From assembly GCA_963770895.1 (NCBI GenBank), contig CAVYRF010000002.1, forward strand, positions 3,136,001-3,200,000: DNA of 64,000 nt, in the 5' to 3' direction. The notes under the pieces are model-generated. The model worked only from the letters and a program-made list of their open reading frames with translations. It was not told where the DNA came from and did no database searches. Below are positions 9,643 to 19,700 of this stretch, in pieces (position 1 is the first letter of the stretch; every line of letters starts with the position of its first letter). The stretch is from an uncultured Acidobacteriota bacterium. Lineage in GTDB: Bacteria > Acidobacteriota > Thermoanaerobaculia > Multivoradales > UBA5704. The translations under genes were made by a program, and so were the position numbers.

Positions 9643-11664
9643 ATGTCTCGATGGAGGGTTCGTCATCTTTGCGCTCTGCGGGCGGCGCCGCGCCGCTGGG
9701 CTTGGGTCGTCACCGCCGTGGCGGTTGCCGCGGCCGCCGCGGCGCCGGCGCCCGGCGCGGCGACCGACTTTCCGCCGCTGACCGACCAGGAACGCGCCTT
9801 GACCGCCGTGCCCGGCCAGCCCAACGCGCCGGCGGTCGTGCTGTTCAGGAAAGGCGAGCTGCGGATGATGAACCCGGCGGCGGCCTCGCGTGAGGTCTCG
9901 TCGTACCTGCTGGTCGAGGAGCGGGTCAAGATCCTGACCGACGCCGGCCGCAGCCGCGGCAACGTGCTGGTCGCTCACAACGGCACGTTCCGGCTGGAAG
10001 GATTCGAAGGCCGCACCGTGCTGCCCGACGGCTCGGTCGTGCCGCTGCCCAAGGACGTCCAGTTTCGCAACGTGACGTCGCGCCTGCACAAGCAATCGGT
10101 GACGGCGGTCGCCTTTCCGGGCGTGGTCGCCGGCGCCATCCTGGACTATCACTACACCATCCGCTGGGACTCCTTCGTCTTTCTGGAGCCATGGATCTTT
10201 CAGGAGCGCATCCCGGTGCTGCACTCCGAGATCACCTACCTCATACCGCCGGCGCTGGGCGTCAAGGCCTGGCGGAGCGATCCGATGCAGGTCGGCATCC
10301 ACTCCGAAACCACCGCGGAGCGGGGCATGCAGCGGCTGCGGGCCTGGGCCGACAACCTGCCGGCGGTTCCCGAGGAGGCGTTCAGCCTGCCTTTTACCGA
10401 GGTGGCTGCCGAAGAGATGGTGCTGCCCACCGAGATCGCGCGCAGCGGCGCGCGCCTGGTGCCGCTGTTTGAGGACTGGGCCTCCACCTGCAAGCTCTAC
10501 GACACCTTTTACCAGGCGGCAAAGCGCAAGGACGGCGATGCCGCCCGTCAGGCGGGCGAGATCGCTGCCCGCGCGGCGAGCGCTCCGCCGGACGGCGGCG
10601 CCAGCCTGGAGCGCCGTCGAGCGGCGGCCATCTACGACTTCGTGCGCGACGAGATCGCCACCGTGCACGCCAACCGCGTCGGGGTGCCGCGCGACGCCGG
10701 CGTCGGCGCCGTCCTGACGGCGCGGCGCGGCGAGCCGGCCGAAAAAGCGCTGCTGCTGCAGGTGATGCTGGCGGCGGTCAAGATCGACTCCCGCCTGGTG
10801 TGGGCCGCCAACCGCGAGGACGGCGCAATCCATTTGGAGATCCCCAATCCGGCGTGGTTCGACCGCGTGCTGGTGGCTGCCCAGGTCGACGGCCGGCGGG
10901 TCTACCTGGACCCGTCCGACCGCTCGCTCTGCTTCGGCCACGTCGAGCCCGGTTACGAGGGCACCCAGGCGGTGCTCTACGATCGCGACAAGCCCGAGGT
11001 CATCACCCTTCCCGAGGCGCCGTTCGAGCAGAACGTGCGCCGCGCCAAGCTGGACCTGACGCTCGACGACACCGGGCGCGCCACCGGCACCGGCACCCTC
11101 ACCCTGTTGGGGCATCCCGCGTGGCAGCGGACGCGCTGGAAGGGTCCCGCCGCCGATGCCACCGCGTCGTGGCAGGAGCGGCTGCGCAAGGATTTTCCCG
11201 CCTACGAGATCAGCGGCGTGACGGTGACGGAGAGCCTGGACGAACCACAGGTGACGGTGCGCTGGGCGCTGGCGCAAAATGCCGACGAAGCGCTGGGGGA
11301 CCAGACCACCCTGGTGCCGAGCCGTCCGCTGGGGCCGCAGCGCCAGCCGTTCCCGATCGGCGCCAAGCGCCTGTCCGCCGTGGAGTTTCCGTTCGCCGAG
11401 CGCACCGAGGTCGAGCTGACCCTGCATTGGGCAGCCGGCTGGCGGCCCGAGGTGCTGCCGGCCGCGTCCCGGTATCAAACCTTCGCCGGCGCCATCCTCA
11501 CCAGCGTCGACGTGGACGCCGCCAACCGCACGCTCACCTACCACCGGCGCTTTGACGAAGCCCATTGGAAGATGGTGAGCGCCGAGCAGTTCGCAATGGT
11601 CCAGCAGCTCTTCGAGGAGGCGCAAAAGATCGATGCGCAATCGCTTGTCATTGCACGCCACTAG
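9643..11664 (+). CDS. secreted DUF3857 + transglutaminase-like protein (catalytic Cys apparently absent)
   Basis: Signal peptide; RVKILT..G, GAILDY.Y DUF3857 pattern; YLDPS; GEPAE where GDC is expected. Confidence 0.8.
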   Translation: MSRWRVRHLCALRAAPRRWAWVVTAVAVAAAAAAPAPGAATDFPPLTDQERALTAVPGQPNAPAVVLFRKGELRMMNPAAASREVSSYLLVEERVKILTDAGRSRGNVLVAHNGTFRLEGFEGRTVLPDGSVVPLPKDVQFRNVTSRLHKQSVTAVAFPGVVAGAILDYHYTIRWDSFVFLEPWIFQERIPVLHSEITYLIPPALGVKAWRSDPMQVGIHSETTAERGMQRLRAWADNLPAVPEEAFSLPFTEVAAEEMVLPTEIARSGARLVPLFEDWASTCKLYDTFYQAAKRKDGDAARQAGEIAARAASAPPDGGASLERRRAAAIYDFVRDEIATVHANRVGVPRDAGVGAVLTARRGEPAEKALLLQVMLAAVKIDSRLVWAANREDGAIHLEIPNPAWFDRVLVAAQVDGRRVYLDPSDRSLCFGHVEPGYEGTQAVLYDRDKPEVITLPEAPFEQNVRRAKLDLTLDDTGRATGTGTLTLLGHPAWQRTRWKGPAADATASWQERLRKDFPAYEISGVTVTESLDEPQVTVRWALAQNADEALGDQTTLVPSRPLGPQRQPFPIGAKRLSAVEFPFAERTEVELTLHWAAGWRPEVLPAASRYQTFAGAILTSVDVDAANRTLTYHRRFDEAHWKMVSAEQFAMVQQLFEEAQKIDAQSLVIARH

Positions 11665-13714
11665 GCTGCCCTGGCGCGTCACCAGGTTGCCCTGGCGCTT
11701 CACCAGCTTCCTGCCGCGCGTCGCCGCGAGCCTCGGGTCCGCCGCTCCGGCGGCGGTCTGCGTCTGGCTGGCGCTGTGCGCCGGCAGGCCGCTCGGCGCC
11801 GCCACGGTGCTCAGCAAGACCGTCGAGGCCGACATCCATGGCGACGGCAGCCTGGTCGAGCGGACCCACCTGGAGGTGCGGATCGACAGCGCGGCCGACG
11901 TCCCGTCCTGGTCGAGGCATGCCGTCGCGATCAGCGAGACGCGCGAGCTGGGTGAGTTCTCCGCCTGGGTGCGCCAGGCGGACGGCCGCACGATCAAGGT
12001 GGGGCGCGACGGCTTCGACACCGCGGATGCGGCCGGAGGCGAGATCCTGACGTCCTCGCACAAGGTGCGCTGGGTGCGCTTGCCCGGTGTGACGCAGGGC
12101 GCGGTGGTGGGGATCGACTATGAGTGGACCGAACACCCCTATTTCCCGGTCGCGGTGATCGCCGTCGGCGGCGCGGACGCGATCGCCAGCTTGCGCGTGC
12201 ACGTGCGCGGTGGCGGCGCCGGCTGGCGCTGGCGGATCGACGGCCGCACCCCCGCCCTGGCGGTTGCCGAGGCGCCCGGCGAGGTGACCATCACCGCCTC
12301 CGGGTTGGCGCCGCGGTCGGTGCTGGAGCGGGAGCCGGACGAAGACCGGCGGGGGCCCGTGCTGTACTTTGGCTGGGGCGCCGCGGCGACCTGGGCGGAC
12401 GTCGGACGCTGGTACGACGGGATCGCCGGCGACCTGCCGCGGGGGCGCCAGGAGGTGCGGCAGGCGGCGCTCGGCCTCTTTGCCGCCGGCGGCGCGTCCG
12501 CCGGTGCGGCGGCCGCCGGCGTTGGCGGAGCGGCAACCGCGAGCGGCGCCGAACGGCGGCGGCGCCTCGACAGCGTGCTCGCCTTTCTGCGCCGCGACGT
12601 GCGGTACGTGGCGGTCGAGCTGGGAGTCGGCGGATACCGCCCGGCGGCGGCGCACGAAACGCTGGCGCGCCGTTGGGGAGATTGCAAGGCCAAGGCCGCG
12701 CTGCTGCTCGACATGCTGGCGGCGGCGGGCATCGAAGGCTACCCGGCGCTGATCAGGCCGGCGCCGGCGGGTCGCATCGATCCCGAGTTTCCGACCGCGA
12801 CGGTGTTCAACCACATGATCGTGGCGCTGCCGGTGGCCGGACTCGACATCGCCGCCGGCGATCCGGTCGCCGGCGGGTACCTGTTCGTCGATCCTACCCA
12901 GGAGCGCGGCGGCCTGGGTTGGTTGTATCCGGGCGACCAGGACCAGTGGGCGCTGGTGCTGCGCGGCGGGCGATCCGAGCTGGTGCGCACGCCGCTGTTG
13001 CCGCAGCTGGAAACCACCCAGCTATCGGTCGAGCTCACGGCGCGGCCGGACGGCGGCGCCGCTGGGCACCTCCAGCTGGATCTCAACGGTGCCCAGGCGG
13101 CGGCGCAGATCGAGCGCATGGGCAAAGAACGTCCCGAAGTCGTCGAGACGGAGGCCCGCCGCCTGGTCGCCGCCTGGCTGCCGGCCGCCACCATCAGCGC
13201 GCTGCGCTGGCAGGCCGACACCAAGGCCGACATCCCGCGCGCCACCCTCACCGCCGAGGTGGCGCTGCCGCTCCTGGTCGCCACCTCGGCCGCCGCCGGC
13301 GCGCCGGACGCGGCCGGCCCGGCGGCCGCGGCGAATGCGGCCGGGGCGGCGGATGGCGGCGTGGCGCACTGGCTCGCCCTGGGCGGACCCATGTCCACCC
13401 CCGCGCCCGGCCTGCTGCGCAACCGCGAGGTGCCGATCGTGTTCACGCCGCAGGTGGTCGAAAGCCGTTGGCGCATCGCCCTGCCGGCAGGCTGGTGCCC
13501 CGATCAGAGCGACCAGACGGCCGCGGACGGCGACGCGGTGGGCGCTTTCAGTCAGTCGCTGCGGTGCGACGGGGGCACCCTGGTCGTGGTGCGGCGCACC
13601 GAGCTGCGGCAGCGTTGGGTCGATCCCGGCCAGTTTGCCGGCCTGTCCAAGGTGGCGCTCGCCGAGCATCGCGCCGCCGCCCGCCGCCTGCGGCTCGACC
13701 GTCTGCGCGGCTAG
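11633..13714 (+). CDS. DUF3857 + transglutaminase domain protein (intact Cys-His-Asp)
   Basis: VRYVAVELG.GGY.P, GDCKAKA, FNHMIV, FVDPT; start codon uncertain. Confidence 0.85.
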   Translation: MRNRLSLHATRLPWRVTRLPWRFTSFLPRVAASLGSAAPAAVCVWLALCAGRPLGAATVLSKTVEADIHGDGSLVERTHLEVRIDSAADVPSWSRHAVAISETRELGEFSAWVRQADGRTIKVGRDGFDTADAAGGEILTSSHKVRWVRLPGVTQGAVVGIDYEWTEHPYFPVAVIAVGGADAIASLRVHVRGGGAGWRWRIDGRTPALAVAEAPGEVTITASGLAPRSVLEREPDEDRRGPVLYFGWGAAATWADVGRWYDGIAGDLPRGRQEVRQAALGLFAAGGASAGAAAAGVGGAATASGAERRRRLDSVLAFLRRDVRYVAVELGVGGYRPAAAHETLARRWGDCKAKAALLLDMLAAAGIEGYPALIRPAPAGRIDPEFPTATVFNHMIVALPVAGLDIAAGDPVAGGYLFVDPTQERGGLGWLYPGDQDQWALVLRGGRSELVRTPLLPQLETTQLSVELTARPDGGAAGHLQLDLNGAQAAAQIERMGKERPEVVETEARRLVAAWLPAATISALRWQADTKADIPRATLTAEVALPLLVATSAAAGAPDAAGPAAAANAAGAADGGVAHWLALGGPMSTPAPGLLRNREVPIVFTPQVVESRWRIALPAGWCPDQSDQTAADGDAVGAFSQSLRCDGGTLVVVRRTELRQRWVDPGQFAGLSKVALAEHRAAARRLRLDRLRG

Positions 13715-13746
13715 CGTCAGCCGGCGGCCGGCGGGTGGTGCGGAAG

Positions 13747-13914
13747 CTAGTGGCCTGTATCAGAGGAATTGGTAGTGGCTGGCGCCGCCATTCGGCGGCG
13801 CGGGCAAGGCGCGCCGACGCAGGCATAGTCGAACCTATGTCGAGGAGGCGGAACGCAGCCCCCGCCGTCGAGGGCAAGCCAGGCGCTAGCGATTCCTCTG
13901 ATACAGGCCACTAG
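13747..13914. repeat. structured palindromic repeat / MITE-like element 1, copy A
   Basis: CTAG + 19-bp perfect terminal IR (TGGCCTGTATCAGAGGAAT ... ATTCCTCTGATACAGGCCA) + CTAG; about 83% identical to 21351-21510 by manual alignment. Confidence 0.85.
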
Positions 13915-14058
13915 TACTACAGTGTCACAAACTCGCACAGGCTGCCGTGCAAGTTATTCTGTCTCAGTACTTTGCGTATTTCAATTGAATACTTCTGAAA
14001 ATTTCGTGGAATTCAACGCTGGCAGGCTTTTTCTGCTGGCGTGACACAGTAGTACTAG
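13911..14058. mobile_element. MITE-like element 2, copy A (AT-rich, CTAG-flanked)
   Basis: CTAG-TACTACAGTGTCAC ... GTGACACAGTAGTA-CTAG (14-bp IR, 1 mismatch); one mismatch versus the copy at 21511-21658; no transposase. Confidence 0.8.
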
Positions 14059-14879
14059 GCGGGGGCGATCACGGTGCCAGGCACCGGGTCGCCGCGCAGG
14101 GCGGCGGCGAGCAGGCCTGGGGTGGTGCCGTTGGCGATCAGCGAGGTGATGCCGCGGCCAGCCAGGGCCAGCGCGGATTCGACGCGGTGCAGCATGCCGC
14201 CGGTCACGTCGACGCCGGCGGCGCGGCCGCCGGCGCTGCGCAGCGCCGCCAGGTCGGCCGGCGCGACGCGCGCCAGGGTGCGGCCGGCGCCGTCGTAGAC
14301 GCCGTCCGTTTCGCCCAGCCAGACGATGCGGGCGACGCGCGGGCCTGGCGGGGTGAGCTCCCGGGAGAGCAGGTCGAACAGGCGCTCGGTCGAGCAGATG
14401 GCGACGCCCTGGTCGCGGTCGAGCACGACGTCGCCGTAGAGGACGGGCAGCAGGCCGCGTTGCAGGGCCAGCCGCAGCGGCTCGGTGGCGATGGTGAGGG
14501 GGCGGCCGGCGGCGGCGATCACCGAGCTGGACGGGGCGAGCGAAAAGGGCGACAGGCCGGCGCCGGCGAGCGCGTCCATCACCAGCCAGTGCAGGGCGGC
14601 GGCGCGGTTTTGGGTGAGCGAAACGCCCGCCAGCTGGTCGGCGCGCCGCAGGCCGGACGCCAGATCGTGGCGGTGCGCGGCGACGTGGCCGAAGGAGCCG
14701 CTGCCGTGGGCGACGACCAGGGCGCCGGCGAGCGCCGGGGTGGCGGCGACGGCGGCGGCGACCTCCGCCGCCAGGCGTGCCAGCGTCTCCGGGCGTACGG
14801 CTTCGACGGCGGCCTTGTCGGTGAGCAGGCTGCCGCCCAGCTTTAGCAGGGTCAGCTGGGTGGCGGCGGGTGGGCTCAT
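14055..14879 (-). CDS. ipk: isopentenyl phosphate kinase (amino-acid kinase fold)
   Basis: KLGGS, HGSGSFGH (IPK signature His), LYGDVV, DVTGGM; last gene of the mevalonate operon. Confidence 0.85.
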   Translation of the reverse strand: MSPPAATQLTLLKLGGSLLTDKAAVEAVRPETLARLAAEVAAAVAATPALAGALVVAHGSGSFGHVAAHRHDLASGLRRADQLAGVSLTQNRAAALHWLVMDALAGAGLSPFSLAPSSSVIAAAGRPLTIATEPLRLALQRGLLPVLYGDVVLDRDQGVAICSTERLFDLLSRELTPPGPRVARIVWLGETDGVYDGAGRTLARVAPADLAALRSAGGRAAGVDVTGGMLHRVESALALAGRGITSLIANGTTPGLLAAALRGDPVPGTVIAPA

Positions 14880-14926
14880 GGGCGGTCGGCGGTCGGCGAT
14901 GGCCCCTGGTGGCGGCGGTCCGCCGT

Positions 14927-15928
14927 TCAGAACAGGTGCTCGCTGTCCGTTTCGGGGCCGCCGCCGACGCCGTCCTGGATGACGAAGCCCACCGCGGGCA
15001 CGTTCTCCAGGCGGTCGGCCACCTCTTCTTCGGAATCCGCGTCGCAGATGACGTGGACGTTGGCGCCGGCGTCCATGGTGGCCCAGGCGGCCAGCCCTTC
15101 CTGGCGCAGCTCGCGCACGGTGCGCAGCACGGCGACGGTGCCGGGAGACCAATAGAACACCGGCGGGCGCGACGACATGGCGATCAGGTGGAGGTCCACC
15201 GCCTCTTCCTCAAGCACCGGGCCCAGCTGGTCAAGCTTGCGCGCGGCGATGGCCTGGCGCACCTTGGCCAGGCGCTCGGGCAGCAGCTCCAGGCGGCGGC
15301 TGAGGTAGGGGCTGGTGATGGCGCGCTGGTGGCCCTCAAGGGAGGGCACGGACTTGGGGCCGATTTCGACCACCGCGATGACGTCGCGCAGGTCCCAGTG
15401 CTCGGCGTCGGCCAGCTGGACGGCGTGGCCGCTGTCGCTGCCGTCGCCCATCGTCCATTCGACGTAGCCGCCCAGAACCGACCGGGTGGCGGAGCCCGAG
15501 CCGCTGCTGCCGGCCAGGCGCGACAGCTCCGTCGGCGGCGTGTCGCCGCGCCCCAGGGCGCCGGCGGCGGCCAGCGTCAGGGCGGCGAAACCCGAGGCGG
15601 AGGAGGCCAGCCCGGCGGCGCTGGGGAAGGTGTTGCGCGTCGCGATGCGGAAATGCTCGGTGCGCCCGGCCCAGGCGCGGATGCGATCCAGGTGTTGCAG
15701 GATGCGGCGCGAAAACTGCGGCTCGGGGCTGCTGAAGCTGCCGTTCTGTTCGACCAGCCACACCTCGTCGCGGTCGCCGTGGATCGTCTCGGCGGTGCAG
15801 CGGGTGACGCAGTGGTCCAAGGTCATCGAGATCGAGCTGTTGAGCGGCTGCACCCGCTCCAGGTCGCGCGCGCCCCAATACTTGATGAAGGCGATGTTGG
15901 CGGGGGCGGAGATGGTGGTCTTGGTCAT
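14927..15928 (-). CDS. mvaD: mevalonate (di)phosphate decarboxylase, probably phosphomevalonate decarboxylase
   Basis: ANIAFIKYWG, GLASSASG, SGSATRS, DAGANVH; 'KSVPSLEGH' in place of canonical 'K.VSSR.GM'. Confidence 0.9.
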   Translation of the reverse strand: MTKTTISAPANIAFIKYWGARDLERVQPLNSSISMTLDHCVTRCTAETIHGDRDEVWLVEQNGSFSSPEPQFSRRILQHLDRIRAWAGRTEHFRIATRNTFPSAAGLASSASGFAALTLAAAGALGRGDTPPTELSRLAGSSGSGSATRSVLGGYVEWTMGDGSDSGHAVQLADAEHWDLRDVIAVVEIGPKSVPSLEGHQRAITSPYLSRRLELLPERLAKVRQAIAARKLDQLGPVLEEEAVDLHLIAMSSRPPVFYWSPGTVAVLRTVRELRQEGLAAWATMDAGANVHVICDADSEEEVADRLENVPAVGFVIQDGVGGGPETDSEHLF

Positions 15929-17187
15929 GAAACCTCCCGCCGGAAGCCGCCGGCACCCAGGTGTACGGAGTGAAGTGTGCAGCGGTCCATGAAGCGCCAC
16001 CCGGCGACGGTGGCAGGGCCGTCTGGATGGTATACGAGAAGCGACCCGGCGCCCGGTCCGGCGATCGATCCGGCGCCTGAGACCTTGGCGGCGCCGCCCG
16101 CCGCTTCCACCTGCCGCACCAGCGCGCGTACCGGGTGGGGCACGACGCCCAGCGCTTCCAGGCAGGCCTGGTGTTCGCGCAGCAGCGCCACCACCTGGTG
16201 CGGCTCCTCCTGCGGCAGGGCGAGCTGGGCGCGCAGCTGCTGGGCGGCGGCGGCCATGCGGTCGAACAGCGCATCCACCGCGGCGGGCTCGCGATCGCGG
16301 CGCGCCCGCACCGCCGCCACCACTTCACCGGTGGATTCGGGCGGCATGCCGGTGTGGTAGACGCGCAACCGACCGAGCAGCGGCGAGCCGGACGCCAGCC
16401 GTTCGGATGCCAACCCGCCGCCGTCCGGCAGCCGGCGCGCCCACAGCAGCCCGCCGTAGAGGCTGGTCGCCGTGTCGACGCCCGAGGGGAGGCCGTGCTG
16501 GCGGCGCTCCGCCTCCAGCGCCAGGCGCTCGATCGCGGCCTGGTCCAGAGCCGGCGCCGCGGGCGCCGGGTCGTCGCCGGCCGCCGACCGCCACGCCGCG
16601 TAGCCGGCGACCACCGCCACGGCGGCGGCGGCGGAGCTGCCGAAGCCCGAGCCGATGGGCAGCGCGGAATCGAGCCGCAGGCGCAGGCGGGGGGCGGTGG
16701 TGGCGGTCTCGCCCAGAGCGGCGGCCACTTCGCCCAGCGCCGCCTTGACGATGTGCGCCGGGTCGCCGCCGCGCATGGCCAGGAAGCCCGCCACGTCCGG
16801 GCGGGAGGCGTAGGCCGTCCAGCCGTCGCGCGCCGCCTGCGCGTAGGCCAGCACGTCGGCCCACGAAGCCGTCGTGTGGTGGGGCAGGCCGGGCAGGTCG
16901 ATGTCGATGTCGACGGCCGCCGCATCCGGTGGCGCGGTGGCGGTAGTGGCGGCGGCGGGCGCGGCGGCGGCGGGCGTCGCCGGCGCGAAGGTGGCGCGCA
17001 GGCGGAGGTCGATCGCGGCCACCAGCGCCGGCCGGCCGTAGACCACGGCGTGCTCGCCCATCAGGATCAGCTTGCCGGGGGTCGAAACGACCACCGGTCG
17101 GGCGGCGGCCTGGGACTGCCGGTGTGGCGCCGCCGCGGCCGTGCCGCTCGGGCTGGGCGCCGTCGTCTGGGGTTGCTCGGAAGTCAT
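15925..17187 (-). CDS. mvk: mevalonate kinase
   Basis: PGKLILMGEHAVVYG, PIGSGFGSSAA, HGLPSGVD, KVSGAG GHMP motifs; ATGA overlap with mvaD. Confidence 0.93.
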   Translation of the reverse strand: MTSEQPQTTAPSPSGTAAAAPHRQSQAAARPVVVSTPGKLILMGEHAVVYGRPALVAAIDLRLRATFAPATPAAAAPAAATTATAPPDAAAVDIDIDLPGLPHHTTASWADVLAYAQAARDGWTAYASRPDVAGFLAMRGGDPAHIVKAALGEVAAALGETATTAPRLRLRLDSALPIGSGFGSSAAAAVAVVAGYAAWRSAAGDDPAPAAPALDQAAIERLALEAERRQHGLPSGVDTATSLYGGLLWARRLPDGGGLASERLASGSPLLGRLRVYHTGMPPESTGEVVAAVRARRDREPAAVDALFDRMAAAAQQLRAQLALPQEEPHQVVALLREHQACLEALGVVPHPVRALVRQVEAAGGAAKVSGAGSIAGPGAGSLLVYHPDGPATVAGWRFMDRCTLHSVHLGAGGFRREVS

Positions 17188-17299
17188 GCCAGGAGCGCTG
17201 CCGGGTGCCGGCGGCCTCCGCGCGCGACGACCGGCGTGCGCGCGGGGGCCAGGTGGGTTGGTCGGGGTCCTCGCAGTGTCCTGGCTGGGCTGGCTGGGC

Positions 17300-18589
17300 T
17301 CAGGAGGGCAGCGGCATCGGGCCGGCGATGCCGCCGCGGCCCAGCTTTTCGTGCGCCCGCGCCAGGTCCTGGGAGGTGAAGGCCGCCATCAGCGACAGCT
17401 CGCCGGCCAGCACGATGGCGCCCAGGATCTCCGCCAGACGCAGCGTCGCTTCGCCGCGCCGCGTCGGGTCGGGCGACACGCCGAGCATCGCCAGCGCTTC
17501 GCGCTGGGTGTCCAGGGCGGTGCCGCCGCCCACCGTGCCCAGCGGCACGTCGGGCATGAAGATCGACGCGAACACGCCGTCGTGACCGCGCGGCTCGATG
17601 CAGGTGACGCCCAGCGACCCTTCGACGACGTGCGCCGGATCCTGGCCGGTGGCGATGAAGAACGCCGCCAGGACGTTGGCATAGTGCGCGTTGAAGCCCA
17701 TCGAGCCGGCGGCGATCGAGCCCAGGAGGTTCTTGCGATACTGCACCTCCACCAGGTCGCGGGCGTTGGTCTTCAGGTTGTGATGGAGGATCGGCGCCTC
17801 CAGGATGATCTCGGCGTAGATGCGCTTGCCGCGGCCCTCCTGGAAGTTGATCGCGGCCGGCTTCTTGTCGACGCAGTAGTTGCCCGACAGGCCGATGCAG
17901 GCAACCCCCGTCGCCGGCTCGATCAGGTCGCTGACCACGCGGTCGCAGGCGATGGTCGCCATGTTCATCCCCATGGCGTCGCCGGAATCGAAGCGGAAGC
18001 GCAGGAACACCGTGGTGCCAAAGGCGAAAGGCCGCACTTCGAGCAGCCGCAGGTGGCTGCTGGTGGCTTCCGTGACGCGCCGCACGTCGTCGTAGTGGTC
18101 CTGGATCCAGCGCAGGAACGCCTGGGTCTGGACGATGCCGGAGGTGCGGAAGACCGGCGCCCGCGTCATCCCCACGTCTTCGACCCGCACCACCGCGCCG
18201 CCCGCTTCGCGCAGCGCCGAGCAGCCGCGGTTGGTGCTGGCGACCAGCGCCGCTTCGGTGGTGGCGAGCGGCACGTACACGTCGCCGTCGATGTGGTTGC
18301 CGCGTACCCGCAGGGGACCGCAGATCCCCATCGGGATCTGTGCCACGCCGATGAAGTTTTCGCAGTTGCGCCGCGACGCTCGCGTCACGTCCAGCGAGTG
18401 GTGGGCGATGTTGCTGAGCGGCGTCCGGGTCATCTCCTCCAGCGCCTGGCGGCGGATTTCCGCCGCCTCCGCGGGAGGCATGTCCTTGGGCAGCTCGTGG
18501 AAGCGGCGCTCCCCCGCGACCAGCGAGCGGACCAGCTCGACGCGTGTCAGGGGAGCGTTGGCGAGTGCGGTATTGGTGGCGTTGGTCAT
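17300..18589 (-). CDS. hmgA: hydroxymethylglutaryl-CoA reductase (NADPH, class I / archaeal type)
   Basis: CENFIG, PLATTE, DAMGMNM, GNYCVDKK, GTVGGGT, C-terminal His (AHEKL). Confidence 0.95.
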   Translation of the reverse strand: MTNATNTALANAPLTRVELVRSLVAGERRFHELPKDMPPAEAAEIRRQALEEMTRTPLSNIAHHSLDVTRASRRNCENFIGVAQIPMGICGPLRVRGNHIDGDVYVPLATTEAALVASTNRGCSALREAGGAVVRVEDVGMTRAPVFRTSGIVQTQAFLRWIQDHYDDVRRVTEATSSHLRLLEVRPFAFGTTVFLRFRFDSGDAMGMNMATIACDRVVSDLIEPATGVACIGLSGNYCVDKKPAAINFQEGRGKRIYAEIILEAPILHHNLKTNARDLVEVQYRKNLLGSIAAGSMGFNAHYANVLAAFFIATGQDPAHVVEGSLGVTCIEPRGHDGVFASIFMPDVPLGTVGGGTALDTQREALAMLGVSPDPTRRGEATLRLAEILGAIVLAGELSLMAAFTSQDLARAHEKLGRGGIAGPMPLPS

Positions 18590-18590
18590 C

Positions 18591-19700
18591 TCACGAACCT
18601 TTACGGAGCTTGGCGTGGCGCAACTCCGCGATCGTTTTCGCGCCGAGACAGAACATGCAGATCTTGAGCTCCTGCACGATCCTCTGCACCTTGGCGACTA
18701 CTTTTTCGGGCGACTCGGTAGCCGCCTGCAAGAACGGAAATGCCATTCCGGCCAGGTCGGCGCCCAGCGCCAGTGCCTTGGCCACGTCGATGCCGTTGCG
18801 GATGCCGCCGCTGGCGATGACCGTCAGGCCCTCCACCGAGCGGACCTCCTGGATCGACAAGGGGGTGGGTATGCCCCACCCGGCAAACGCCTCGCCGATC
18901 TCGGTGTCGCCGGCGCGCGCCGCTTCGATGCGCGCCCAGCTGGTGCCGCCGACTCCCGCGGTATCCACGATACGAATTCCCTGCCCGGCCAGCGCCCGCG
19001 CGGTGGCCGCCGAAATGCCGCAGCCGATCTCCTTGATGATCACCGGCACCGACATGCCGCGGACGATTTCACCGATCTTCGGCAGCAGGCTGGCAAAGTT
19101 GCGCTGCCCTTCTGGCTGGATGGCCTCCTGCAACGGGTTGAGGTGCAGGATCAACGCGTCGGCCCCGATCATCTCCACTACCTGGCGGCAGGCTGCAAGA
19201 CCCAGGCCGTAATTGAGCTGGACGGCTCCCAGGTTGGCCAGCAGGGGGACCGACGGCGCGACCTCGCGAACTCGAAAGCTATCAGCTTTCGACGGATCCT
19301 CCAACGCCTTGCGCTGCGACCCGATGCCCACCGCGATGCCCGATCGTTCAGCCCCGGTGGCCAGATTACGGTTGATCAAAGCCGCCGCCGCCGTGCCGCC
19401 CGTCATCGAGGAAATGAGCAGCGGCGCCGCCAGGCGATGCCCCAGGAACTCCACCGACACGTCGACGTCGTCAAAGTCGATCTCAGGCAGCGCCGCATGA
19501 TCGAACTGGTAGGCGTCAAAGTAGTTGGCCTCCAGCTGCATGCGCCGCTCCAGCGCCAGCTGGATGTGCTCCGCCTTGCGGTCCCGCTCCAGCTCCTGGG
19601 CGACCGTGGCCGGCGCGGGCGGTGCTGCCGCCGCGGCCGGAGCGGCGGACGCGGCGGGGGGGGCGGGGGGGGCCACCGTCGAAGAGGGAGTCGCGCTCAC
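18591..19700 (-). CDS. fni: type 2 isopentenyl-diphosphate delta-isomerase (FMN)
   Basis: RKAEHI, SSMTGG, GSQR, HLNPLQEAIQPEG, KEIGCG, GGTSW, ASGGIR. Confidence 0.96.
   Translation of the reverse strand: MSATPSSTVAPPAPPAASAAPAAAAAPPAPATVAQELERDRKAEHIQLALERRMQLEANYFDAYQFDHAALPEIDFDDVDVSVEFLGHRLAAPLLISSMTGGTAAAALINRNLATGAERSGIAVGIGSQRKALEDPSKADSFRVREVAPSVPLLANLGAVQLNYGLGLAACRQVVEMIGADALILHLNPLQEAIQPEGQRNFASLLPKIGEIVRGMSVPVIIKEIGCGISAATARALAGQGIRIVDTAGVGGTSWARIEAARAGDTEIGEAFAGWGIPTPLSIQEVRSVEGLTVIASGGIRNGIDVAKALALGADLAGMAFPFLQAATESPEKVVAKVQRIVQELKICMFCLGAKTIAELRHAKLRKGS

Noticed and set aside
11659-11710. Imperfect 21-bp tandem repeat at the DUF3857 gene junction
   Set aside because: About 2.5 degenerate units within an N-terminal leader region; ordinary slippage with no evident function.
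13747-14058. The repeats as a CRISPR array, tRNA or attachment site
   Set aside because: Only two dispersed copies, no repeat-spacer periodicity, no cloverleaf, and no cas or integrase gene in the window.
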